Assembly (NCBI GenBank): GCA_034439575.1
Contig: JAWXAQ010000012.1
Span: 143,815-207,814 of the forward strand
Direction of reading: 5' to 3'
Source of the DNA: Leptospira sp.
GTDB lineage: Bacteria; Spirochaetota; Leptospiria; Leptospirales; Leptospiraceae
DNA: 64,000 nucleotides
Shown: one piece after another, positions 18,906-27,793 of the stretch
How the letters are laid out: every line of letters starts with the position of its first letter
Numbering within the stretch: position 1 is the first letter of the stretch
Position numbers and translations under genes: made by a program
Notes under the pieces: generated by a model
Told to the model about the DNA's origin: nothing
What the model saw: the letters and a program-made list of their open reading frames with translations, nothing else
Database searches by the model: none

Positions 18906-20234
18906 GTGAAATTAGTTTATTTTTTAATTATATTTATATGTTCATTCGGCTTCCTGTTAGGTGTCCCTACGTATTCAGTAGTGGTAGATGCAGGTCATGG
19001 TGGAATTGCGAAAGAACCGATCACAGAATATGGTGATAAGTATGATTCCATCACCCAAACGTATTTGGAAAAATACAAACAAGGTACAGAGCATGGAGAT
19101 GTGACAGAACGTGCAGTCGTTCTTGAACTCGCAAAAGAAGTACATAAAATTTTAGCACTGACGGAGTCGGATGCTGGTTGGGAAATTTTTCAAAGTTACT
19201 TAAAGAAATTCTCAAACACAAAATCTTTTTCAAGAATTATCCTGAATTCTCACCTAACTCGGACTTCGAACTTTGAAGATGATTCTGGAAATTCGGATCT
19301 AAATGCCAAGTATAGACTGTATGATTTTCCCAATGTTAAGACGGCAGAGAGAACAAAGGGCAGGCTCTCTATCATAAACGAAAAAAAACCGTATTTAGTT
19401 CTATCACTTCATTTAAATCCTGCGGGGAAAGGGCATGAGGGAGGGATGGCGGCAGTTCTCACCCCAGGATATACGACATTTAAAAAACTGCAAGAGATTT
19501 CGAATGGAAAAAGAAAACCGGGTTCATTTCTAAGCTCTCCCTGGTCCGACTGGCTCGTGTTTGCCGACGGCCATTCTAAATTAGAAAATGCGATCATTGA
19601 CACATGGATATATCTGCATGGATATTGGACGGATAAATCTGGAAAAAAAACTGACTTGAATAAATTCGAAGGCTATCGTCAAAATATGGTTAGCTGGTCA
19701 TATTCTGATGGGAAAGGATGGGAATCAAAAGCTAAAGAAAATGCAAAAGGACCATACGCTAAAACTCATTCAGGATTTATTGCTGAAGGAAAATTTTGGG
19801 AAAGAGAAAAAGGGAAAGAAGAATCATGGAGAAGGGAAGGTGGCAGAGAAGGATTCGGAGGGGACAATCATTATGCTTCCAAAGAATTGATGCGTTTTGT
19901 GCAATTTGGTTTAAGAGAACAATTAAAAGAAAATAAGAACAAATATCCGGAAGTCGGCCCCATACAAAAACCATATATTTCCACATACAGCCTTCCCACT
20001 TATACAAATGCTATATGTGCCTTTCTGGAAATTGGTTATATTAATCGAAAACGAGATATAAAATATTTAACTCAAAACAAAAAAGAAACGGCGATATCTC
20101 TGGCCGTCGGCATATACTCATTGTTTGCTGGTTTAGAGATAAAAAAACCAAAAAATATGCCTGTGATTCCTAAAGGAAAAAAGATAAACTGGGATCGATA
20201 TGAAAATTATTTTGAAAAGGTTGTTTCGCCTTGA
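18906..20234 (+). CDS. N-acetylmuramoyl-L-alanine amidase (Amidase_3) with large insertions
   Basis: VVVDAGHGG, TER, LTR, LSLHLN, FLEIGYI zinc-amidase motifs; signal peptide; GTG start. Confidence 0.88.
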   Translation: MKLVYFLIIFICSFGFLLGVPTYSVVVDAGHGGIAKEPITEYGDKYDSITQTYLEKYKQGTEHGDVTERAVVLELAKEVHKILALTESDAGWEIFQSYLKKFSNTKSFSRIILNSHLTRTSNFEDDSGNSDLNAKYRLYDFPNVKTAERTKGRLSIINEKKPYLVLSLHLNPAGKGHEGGMAAVLTPGYTTFKKLQEISNGKRKPGSFLSSPWSDWLVFADGHSKLENAIIDTWIYLHGYWTDKSGKKTDLNKFEGYRQNMVSWSYSDGKGWESKAKENAKGPYAKTHSGFIAEGKFWEREKGKEESWRREGGREGFGGDNHYASKELMRFVQFGLREQLKENKNKYPEVGPIQKPYISTYSLPTYTNAICAFLEIGYINRKRDIKYLTQNKKETAISLAVGIYSLFAGLEIKKPKNMPVIPKGKKINWDRYENYFEKVVSP

Positions 20235-21004
20235 AAGAAAACATAAATCTAATCAATCATCCTCTTTTTCCGAAAGTGATTTCTGCGTATCAAATATCTT
20301 TGAAAAAAAGGTATTCAGAGGAATCATTAAAAAGATATCCCACCTTTGATATTATCCCTCGCAACACGATTGAACTTCTTATTAATTTTTTTATAGAATA
20401 TTTATATCCAGAATATGAAAAAAGATTGGAATTAGATTCCGCCTTTCGTTCGTTATCTGGATTTGTTCATAATCCCGCAAAACTTTGGGGAATACTTGGA
20501 AACTTAGCGGCTTCTATATTTCGTTTTGGTAGGCATTTTCCTGCGGCTCTAAAGGCAGGCCTCGCCGCATTGCACTCGTATGTGACAGCTCATACATTCG
20601 AAGAAATTTTAATCAGAGAAACAGATGTTGAATCAAAGTTTGGTGATCCTTTCGCAGATGAAAATGGTTTTCTTAGAATTCTTGCTCGTATCCCACAATC
20701 AGATGCAGATGCATTTCGTTCGGATATAGGAAAACTATTTCGAATTTTCACAGATCGCTTGTTAGTTGAAAAAATTATACTAATCCTTGAAGATGTTTTA
20801 AAAAAGATGATTTCTAAAGGTAAGCTTTATTCAGAAGACGACCATCGTGCGATCACACTTGGCATAAATATTTTAAAAGAGGGGAGATTTATTTTTGATT
20901 CTTTGGCAGTGACTCAGATGAATTTAATCATCCAAGCCATAGATACAATTGAAAAAGATTTTTTCCAAGAGGCTAAAAAGTTAGAAAATAAGCAATCAAT
21001 TTGA
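20231..21004 (+). CDS. Hypothetical helical protein
   Basis: 257-aa ORF with 4-bp overlap to the amidase gene; no motif recognised. Confidence 0.8.
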   Translation: MKENINLINHPLFPKVISAYQISLKKRYSEESLKRYPTFDIIPRNTIELLINFFIEYLYPEYEKRLELDSAFRSLSGFVHNPAKLWGILGNLAASIFRFGRHFPAALKAGLAALHSYVTAHTFEEILIRETDVESKFGDPFADENGFLRILARIPQSDADAFRSDIGKLFRIFTDRLLVEKIILILEDVLKKMISKGKLYSEDDHRAITLGINILKEGRFIFDSLAVTQMNLIIQAIDTIEKDFFQEAKKLENKQSI

Positions 21005-21005
21005 T

Positions 21006-21092
21006 TGGTACCGATGGCCGGAATCGAACCGGCATGATGTTACCATCGGTGGATTTTGAATCCACTGCGTCTACCAATTCCACCACATCGGC
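21006..21092 (-). tRNA. tRNA-Leu (CAA)
   Basis: Reverse complement GCCGATGTGGTGGAATTGGTAGACGCAGTGGATTCAAAATCCACCGATGGTAACATCATGCCGGTTCGATTCCGGCCATCGGTACCA; long variable arm; CCA encoded. Confidence 0.97.
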
Positions 21093-21100
21093 AAATTGGC

Positions 21101-21505
21101 TTAGTCTTCTGCTTCTATATATTTACCTTTCCCGCGGGCCACTATTTTGCCGATCTCATTTTCAATCTCAGCACGGTTCTCGATGATTTTTTTGTTCTTT
21201 TTTACAAACCATCCACGCAAATGGAGAGGTTCATTGACCTTGGCTGGTTGCAAAAAACGAATCGTTAGTTCTCCAGTTGTCGTCTCGAAGTTCATCGCTT
21301 CGTTGATTTTTACCATGATCTCATCTAGGATCGTTGAAATGATTCCTGGATGGATTTGATCCGGCAAACCTTGGTACTTATCAGGGCAAGTGTAATCCCC
21401 GAATGCAGTTTTAGTATCTTCGTCAAAGGTAATTTTCAACTGCAAACCGTCTCCATTGTCTGGACTGGAGGCAAAGCTTAGATTTTTCTTGGCAACGGAT
21501 TTCAT
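21101..21505 (-). CDS. PaaI family (hotdog fold) thioesterase
   Basis: YQG...[23 protein letters not shown]; 8 bp upstream of tRNA-Leu on the same strand. Confidence 0.88.
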   Translation of the reverse strand: MKSVAKKNLSFASSPDNGDGLQLKITFDEDTKTAFGDYTCPDKYQGLPDQIHPGIISTILDEIMVKINEAMNFETTTGELTIRFLQPAKVNEPLHLRGWFVKKNKKIIENRAEIENEIGKIVARGKGKYIEAED

Positions 21506-21671
21506 GCCACCATATCAAGAAAAAAAACTCCCCTTGTCAAGCACAAAATGGACAGGCGGTCATTTTGGTGCCTTTTTGCGATAGATCGCGAAATGAAAGG
21601 CTTCTATGCTAGAATATAACTCAATTCTAGAGGTCAAAACCTCGAAAATAAGATAGGAACTAAAAGATTCA

Positions 21672-24200
21672 ATGATCACAACGTTAATGATGTTACTCGG
21701 GCTTTCAGGAGCGGGGGCTGGCCTATACAATGTGATCAAAAAACCAGGTGAAGGCGAAGAAGACCCAGGACAAACACCATCTGGTCGGAGACGAAGATCC
21801 AGATCCCAAACTAACACAGATGAGGATGTCCCTAGCCGAAGCCCCAACCGAACCGAAAGGAATGAACCGTCGCCTAATTGGGGTGGACGAGGTAAGGAAC
21901 TTCCATTTCAAACATCAAAGTCGGAAGATGGCAAACTGCCTCGTGGGGATGCTCGTCCATTATCAGAGGGTGGGCCTGACCTTGGGGACTGGACAAAGGA
22001 AGAGGAAACAACAGAGCCTAACAAGAAACCACCAAGGCGAAAGAGAGAAAAGGCCGAAGACAAGGAACAGGCTCCATCCTTAGAAGACATACCCTTAGGT
22101 GAGTTTGGCGATTCACCAAACGAGGGTGAAAGTTCTTCATCGAAACCACGTAACCAAACTGATAGACCAGAAATTTCCTTTCCTGTTGATGATATCATTT
22201 CAAAAAACTCAAAGTATTCCTTTCATAGAAGGCCACTTATCAATGCAGAAGCTTTGATTGAAAAAGATAATCTTGAGGAAGCCATTGAAATCTTACAGCG
22301 AACGGGTGATAGAATCCCTGATCCTGAAATTAAAAATAAAATACAAAAAAATATTTCGGATATTGAAGATTTTATCGAAAGTCAACCCGCGCCTGAATCT
22401 GGAGATGCGGGTGGAAGTGAAAAATCTGCGGATGGGAAACAAGAACCAAACAAGCGTCCGCTAGGTGATATTCCTTCGAAATCGGGTGATACTGGTTTTG
22501 AAGATTTTGTTTCAGCTTTGAGACAAGTGGCAGAAGTATTCGCAGATGCTGTAGCGAATGCAATGCAATATGCCAGGGACAACAAACCTCCTGGTGAAGG
22601 TTTGCCTGCTTCCCCACAATTACCAAGTGGTTTAGACACAGCACCTAGTCCAAGAGAGTCATTACCACCGTCGAATCAAAGTGCTCCGCCATCTTTACCA
22701 CCACCTGGAAATGTTGGTGCAGATTTTCTCCATCCAGTTATTTATCAATTTTTAAAGGATGCCCCACCACTACCTGGTTATGCGGGTCTTGATACCAAAG
22801 AAGAAAAACAAAATTATGAAAATTTAATTAAATCCTTAAACCAAGGATTAATGTCTCCACCAAATGCTCAGTTCCCGCAAGTCCCTCAAATTGGGGGAGG
22901 CGGAGTTCCTGGTGTTGTTGGTCCATTCTATTTGCCAAATCCAGACCAACTAACAAGTGGACTGGATTCGCTCGCCGAATCACTTAACAAAGCAAAAGAT
23001 GGCGCAGATAATTTTGCAGATATTGCAAACAAACTCGAACAAGCTAAGGGAGATATTCAAAACAAAGATATCTCTGATTTGGATTTACCAGAAGACACTT
23101 TTTTCTCCGATGAATGGAAAGAATTTCGTGGGCTTCCTCTTGTGGATCGTCGAGTTGGTGGGGAAAGAAGAAAAAATGCTGACCGTAGAGATAATAAATC
23201 TGGAAGAAAAGATCGTAGGTCTGGCGAAGACCGCAGAAAAATTGATAGGTTCAAAGAACGTGAATCTTACTTAAAAGATAAAGCCTTACAAAAGTTAGAA
23301 GAGTCTGCCAAAAAAGCGCAGTCTCTCGCAAGCCCATCTTTAAATGATCTATTAAAACCATACTTTCCACCTATGCCAGAAAGACTCAATCTGCCCGATC
23401 CAAAAGATCGCAGAGAGAGATTGCCTGAGGAAGAAGAAAAACCAAAAGAAGAAGAATGGATCGAAGGGGATGATGACTGGTTTGATAAAACCACTGAAGC
23501 CTTAAAAAAAGAAGTCTCTCTTCCTGAACCGATTGATCCAAGAGCTCCTATCACTTCGGATGCTCCACTCATTGGCCTTCCCGATCCACTGGATCCAGCG
23601 AAGGCAAAAGCAGAGACGATCATTGAGACGGATGATCCAATTCAGGTGGAACTAATGGCTAGGGCTCAGGAAGAAACGATGAAAATCGGCTTGCCTGACC
23701 CAGAAGATGCCTTTAGAGATCGAATTGTTAAAAAAGAAGAAGAAGATAGGGAAGAGCCTGATTTAGACGAAGAGCCTCCAGAAATAGAGCTCATTGATGG
23801 TGAGTTAGGTGAAATAGCTGAGGCTAAAGATACACCCGACGAGATGGCCAATAAAATGGAGGAGGAGCCAGAGAAAATCATTCATGGCGTACTCGAACTA
23901 AAGCCTCCTGAGGCAGATGATGCGCCATTTCTAACACTTACATATGATTTTGGAAAAATTCCACATGCTTTTAGGCTTTCAAAGAATTATTCTATTATGG
24001 AATATTCTTATTATAAATATAAACCTATGCTAATGAAAGCTCAAGAATTTGCTCGTAGAAAAATGTTAAAGAACGCACTTAATTATTATAGAGTTATCAA
24101 ATCTCAAAATATTCCACCTGAGCTTCGTAAGATGATCAACCGCAATATTAGAGATATTACAGAATTTATGGAAAAGTTCTTAATGGCAAAGGGAGGCTAA
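21672..24200 (+). CDS. Large membrane-anchored, Pro/Glu/Asp-rich hypothetical protein with internal repeats
   Basis: 842-aa ORF, AGGA upstream, N-terminal hydrophobic anchor, duplicated 55-aa helical unit, five [DE]RR motifs, four LP[DE]PxD motifs. Confidence 0.85.
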   Translation: MITTLMMLLGLSGAGAGLYNVIKKPGEGEEDPGQTPSGRRRRSRSQTNTDEDVPSRSPNRTERNEPSPNWGGRGKELPFQTSKSEDGKLPRGDARPLSEGGPDLGDWTKEEETTEPNKKPPRRKREKAEDKEQAPSLEDIPLGEFGDSPNEGESSSSKPRNQTDRPEISFPVDDIISKNSKYSFHRRPLINAEALIEKDNLEEAIEILQRTGDRIPDPEIKNKIQKNISDIEDFIESQPAPESGDAGGSEKSADGKQEPNKRPLGDIPSKSGDTGFEDFVSALRQVAEVFADAVANAMQYARDNKPPGEGLPASPQLPSGLDTAPSPRESLPPSNQSAPPSLPPPGNVGADFLHPVIYQFLKDAPPLPGYAGLDTKEEKQNYENLIKSLNQGLMSPPNAQFPQVPQIGGGGVPGVVGPFYLPNPDQLTSGLDSLAESLNKAKDGADNFADIANKLEQAKGDIQNKDISDLDLPEDTFFSDEWKEFRGLPLVDRRVGGERRKNADRRDNKSGRKDRRSGEDRRKIDRFKERESYLKDKALQKLEESAKKAQSLASPSLNDLLKPYFPPMPERLNLPDPKDRRERLPEEEEKPKEEEWIEGDDDWFDKTTEALKKEVSLPEPIDPRAPITSDAPLIGLPDPLDPAKAKAETIIETDDPIQVELMARAQEETMKIGLPDPEDAFRDRIVKKEEEDREEPDLDEEPPEIELIDGELGEIAEAKDTPDEMANKMEEEPEKIIHGVLELKPPEADDAPFLTLTYDFGKIPHAFRLSKNYSIMEYSYYKYKPMLMKAQEFARRKMLKNALNYYRVIKSQNIPPELRKMINRNIRDITEFMEKFLMAKGG

Positions 24201-24231
24201 TTTCAAACATTGGTAGTTTGAAAAAATATTT

Positions 24232-25449
24232 ATGAGTAATGATGTGATAAAAATTGTAAATTATCCAAAGGGAGCAGCGATTGTAGTACAAAATGCTGTG
24301 AATCCTGGTTTGTTTTATATTGTTCGGCAAGGAAGAGTCGTAGTCGATTCTGAACACATTCAAATTGATCATGAATTAAAATATTATGTGCAAGGGGATA
24401 GTTTCGGACTCGTTTCAGCATTAACAGAACATCATTATCTTGTTACACTATTTGCTGAAACTGATGTAGAGTTGATGCAAATTCCTATTCGATTGCTTGG
24501 ATCTTATTTAAAAGAACATAAAGATCTGGCGATGAAAATTTTGAGATTATACTCACATGAATTGAGAGCTTTACAACGTAACCTTTCTAAGGCGAATTTA
24601 CCAAATGATAGAACCAATCATCCAGAAAAACTCATTCAAAACGCAAAAATTTATTTAGAGTGGCATAAACCAAATTTAGCAACTTATTCTCTTTTTCGTT
24701 TTGTAGAATGGGCAAACTCATCTGGAAATCAAAAATTGATAGCTGAAGCGGAAGTTATGTTAAGGCAATTGGGAAATCAAAATCAGCCAAAACATTGGAC
24801 GAACCAAAAAACTAGTTTGGAAAAGGGTGAAATCATTTTTGTCCAAGATGAAATGAACCAAGACATATTTGTCGTGTTAGAAGGCCAAGTTAAATTGTTT
24901 AGCATTGTTCGAGGCATGGAATATGTCATTGATATCTTGGGGCCTGGTGAAATATTCGGGGAGATGTCTTTAATAGAAAGTTCACCTCGTATGGCATCAG
25001 CAATATGCGAATCAAATTGTACTGTTTTACGTGTGAGTCCAGAGAATATATTTGAAACCATAGGTGAGTCCCTCCTTCAAAAAATTTACGAAAGCATTGC
25101 GAGAAGGATTTGGTTTTCTCACCAAAGATTGATTATACTACGCATGCAATCTCCCGTGATTCGAATTTATGCATTTTTATTTAAAATGATAAGGGATCAG
25201 GAAATTAGAAAAGGACTTTCTGTTCAAAAAAATATGGAAGCTACATATGTGATTCCTATGGCGTTTAGCGAAATATGCAATATGTGTGGTATCATTAAGA
25301 TTAAAAATGAATCTATACACGAGGTATTGACGGATTCAAATATCGTAATTGAAAAAGACAATAATACAGTCAAAAATCGCAAACGGATAGAAGAAAAATT
25401 GGGTCAGTACAAAACAAAATCAGGACAGCTTCTCGCAAAACTTGGTTAG
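24232..25449 (+). CDS. Tandem cyclic-nucleotide-binding domain protein (Crp/Fnr-like)
   Basis: Two cNMP beta-rolls (FYIVRQGRV...GDSFG; IFVVLEGQV...GEIFGEMSL...PRMAS); Crp-like C-terminal region. Confidence 0.88.
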   Translation: MSNDVIKIVNYPKGAAIVVQNAVNPGLFYIVRQGRVVVDSEHIQIDHELKYYVQGDSFGLVSALTEHHYLVTLFAETDVELMQIPIRLLGSYLKEHKDLAMKILRLYSHELRALQRNLSKANLPNDRTNHPEKLIQNAKIYLEWHKPNLATYSLFRFVEWANSSGNQKLIAEAEVMLRQLGNQNQPKHWTNQKTSLEKGEIIFVQDEMNQDIFVVLEGQVKLFSIVRGMEYVIDILGPGEIFGEMSLIESSPRMASAICESNCTVLRVSPENIFETIGESLLQKIYESIARRIWFSHQRLIILRMQSPVIRIYAFLFKMIRDQEIRKGLSVQKNMEATYVIPMAFSEICNMCGIIKIKNESIHEVLTDSNIVIEKDNNTVKNRKRIEEKLGQYKTKSGQLLAKLG

Positions 25450-25533
25450 GAATTTTTTTATAAACATTTACGGAAATCTGAATTGACTCTATTTTTATAT
25501 TTTAGAAAATAAACTAACAAGGAACTGATTCCC

Positions 25534-25609
25534 ATGAATGTATTGCTTTAAATTGGCATTCAAAATTTAACCCACCTAATCTAGTTTTGTCGGACTTGGA
25601 TGCCATTTA
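25534..25609 (+). promoter_or_regulatory. Putative leader: uORF MNVLL plus hairpin upstream of the ABC-F gene
   Basis: AAGGAA then ATG AAT GTA TTG CTT TAA (25534-25551); TGGCATTCAA (25554-25563) pairs with TTGGATGCCA (25596-25605). Confidence 0.5.
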
Positions 25610-25632
25610 CTAAAAAAGCACTGGGAGCATTT

Positions 25633-27126
25633 ATGTCTGATTCCTTTTATATATTCGATCTTTATCTTACGTATCCAGGCCAGCCCGGCCCTCTATTCAA
25701 AAATGTAAACCTTAAGTTCCAAAGAGGATGGACAGGAATCGTTGGTAAAAATGGATCCGGAAAATCCTCACTTGCGAAATTGATTTCCGGGGATATCCTT
25801 CCTGACCGAGGAAAGATTTTACCTTCATTTTCTACTCGGATATTACAGCAGATAAACGATATGGAACCTACCGAATTGTTGGAGTTTTTATTTTCCGATT
25901 CAAAAATCATAGGGAAATGGAAATCTCTGTTAGGCATTAAAATGACTGATAGCGAAGAGTATCGGCTCCTCAGTTTTGGAGAGAAGCGAAGGATCCAGTT
26001 TGCAAATGAGATTTCTAAAGAATCGGAAGTTCTCATACTTGATGAGCCAACGAATCACATGGATCTAACAGGCATTCAATTTATCAAAGATGCTATGAGA
26101 CATTATCATGGAATTGGAATTTTGATTTCACATGATATTTCTCTGTTAAATGAATTTTGTGAATCGATAGTGTTTATAGAGGAAGGCAAAGTTTTACAAA
26201 TCCCTGGTAACTTTGATAAGGCGATTCAGGAAAAGGATCGTTTGGAGATGGAGGTTCGGGTGGAGCATAAAAATTTGGAAAGAGAAAAGAGGAGGCTTTT
26301 AAAAAGTTTTTTGCTTAAAAAAAATGAAGCTATGCTTGCTGATAAAAAAAGATCCAACAAAAATATTAATCCCAAAGATCATGACTTGCGGGCAAAGAAA
26401 CAACTGGCTCGTTTAACCGGAAAAGATGGAACGGCAGGAAAATTACAAAACCAATTGAAATCAAGACTAAGGGATGTAGATGAAAGGCAATCCTCTCTTG
26501 TGTTAATAGATCAGAAAAGAGAAGAGTATATAATTCCTTGGCATATTCATTCTAATTTTTGTAAGGTGATGTTTGCTTTAGATAAGAATGATTTTTTTAT
26601 TACAAACCATTCAAAAATGGGAATCATTGGGAAGAATGGATCAGGAAAGACATTTTTTATACAGCAGATAGTCCAAAAATTGACACAAAGCCAAGTTAAG
26701 TTTTATTACCTTCCGCAAGAATTCTCCGCTGAAGAAACCCAGAATATACTTAACAGGTTTCAGAATCTGAATTCCACGAAACGAGCAAAAGTTTTAGCGA
26801 CAGTTAATGGATTAGGATCGGATCCAATTTCCATTTTGAACTCGAGTTGTTTGAGTCCAGGTGAATGGAAAAAAATGCATCTGGCCCTATCAGGGGAAAA
26901 GAAATTCGATATACTATTGTTAGATGAACCAACCAACCATCTTGACATTTATGCGAACAAATCCCTTTTACGTTCCCTATTATCTTTTTCAGGAGGTGTC
27001 GTCCTCGCCACTCATGATCTGGGCTTTATGAATTTAATTGCCAAAGAAGTATGGGAATTAGAAAACTTTTCTGCTTACAAAAAACATCTAGACAAAAAAC
27101 CGAGTCTAAATTTAGAATTATTCTAA
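25633..27126 (+). CDS. ABC-F family ATP-binding protein (no membrane domain)
   Basis: Two ABC cassettes: [22 protein letters not shown] and [22 protein letters not shown]; long basic interdomain linker; GGAG precedes ATG 25633. Confidence 0.9.
   Translation: MSDSFYIFDLYLTYPGQPGPLFKNVNLKFQRGWTGIVGKNGSGKSSLAKLISGDILPDRGKILPSFSTRILQQINDMEPTELLEFLFSDSKIIGKWKSLLGIKMTDSEEYRLLSFGEKRRIQFANEISKESEVLILDEPTNHMDLTGIQFIKDAMRHYHGIGILISHDISLLNEFCESIVFIEEGKVLQIPGNFDKAIQEKDRLEMEVRVEHKNLEREKRRLLKSFLLKKNEAMLADKKRSNKNINPKDHDLRAKKQLARLTGKDGTAGKLQNQLKSRLRDVDERQSSLVLIDQKREEYIIPWHIHSNFCKVMFALDKNDFFITNHSKMGIIGKNGSGKTFFIQQIVQKLTQSQVKFYYLPQEFSAEETQNILNRFQNLNSTKRAKVLATVNGLGSDPISILNSSCLSPGEWKKMHLALSGEKKFDILLLDEPTNHLDIYANKSLLRSLLSFSGGVVLATHDLGFMNLIAKEVWELENFSAYKKHLDKKPSLNLELF
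27089..27126 (+). promoter_or_regulatory. ahpC promoter with Per-box-like 7-1-7 palindrome
   Basis: TAGACA (27089) - 18 nt - TAGAAT (27113); perfect palindrome TTAGAAT-T-ATTCTAA at 27112-27126 next to SD AAGGAG. Confidence 0.7.
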
Positions 27127-27136
27127 GGAGTTAATT

Positions 27137-27730
27137 ATGCCACAAGTTACATCTCAAGCGCCCGATTTTAAAGCGACAGCGGTTATTGGAGAATCATTTA
27201 AAGAAATCAAATTATCAGATTACAAAGGAAAGTGGGTTGTATTGTTTTTTTACCCATTGGATTTTACTTTTGTATGCCCGACGGAAATCATTGAATACGA
27301 TGCAAAATTAGAAGACTTCAAAAAAATTGGAGCCGAAATTTTGGGTGTATCGATTGACAGTGAATTTTCTCACCTTGCGTGGAAAAAAACGGCACGTAAA
27401 GAAGGTGGTATTGGAGAGATTAAATACCCTTTGATCGCTGATAAAACCAAAGAAATCGCAAAATCATTTGGGGTTCTTATTGAGTCTGGACCTGATGCAG
27501 GGGTAGCCCTTAGAGGTACTTTTATCATCGATCCAAATGGAGTGATTCGCCAAGCAACTGTTAACGACCTTCCCGTAGGACGTAACATTGATGAAGCTCT
27601 TCGTTTGATCAAAGCTTTCCAATTTGTTGAGAAACATGGCGAAGTTTGTCCTGCAAATTGGGATGAAGGAAAGAAAACTATGAAAGCTGATGTGACTGGA
27701 TCTAAGGCTTATTTTTCTTCCGTGAATTAA
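27137..27730 (+). CDS. ahpC: 2-Cys peroxiredoxin AhpC
   Basis: [35 protein letters not shown]. Confidence 0.97.
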   Translation: MPQVTSQAPDFKATAVIGESFKEIKLSDYKGKWVVLFFYPLDFTFVCPTEIIEYDAKLEDFKKIGAEILGVSIDSEFSHLAWKKTARKEGGIGEIKYPLIADKTKEIAKSFGVLIESGPDAGVALRGTFIIDPNGVIRQATVNDLPVGRNIDEALRLIKAFQFVEKHGEVCPANWDEGKKTMKADVTGSKAYFSSVN

Positions 27731-27736
27731 AATTGT

Positions 27737-27772
27737 AAATGATGATTCTAATTTACCTTAGGGTCATCATTT
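27737..27772 (+). other. Intergenic RNA hairpin between ahpC and sufB
   Basis: AAATGATGATTCTAA-TTTACC-TTAGGGTCATCATTT, 15-bp stem with two G:U pairs, only a short U run. Confidence 0.6.
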
Positions 27773-27793
27773 CTAAAACATAAGGAAATATAG

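Noticed and set aside
20990-21110. tRNA genes as integration (att) sites
   Set aside because: No duplicated tRNA 3' end or integrase noticed near either tRNA; flanks are ordinary genes
21505-21540. Leaderless promoter for the PaaI gene (TTGACA at 21540-21535 on the - strand)
   Set aside because: The hexamer at 17-nt spacing (TGATAT) lacks the key -11 A and the better TATGGT is 20 nt away; ambiguous
21565-21580. Sigma54 promoter TTGGTGCCTTTTTGC upstream of the 842-aa gene
   Set aside because: GG and GC are separated by 9 nt, not the required 10
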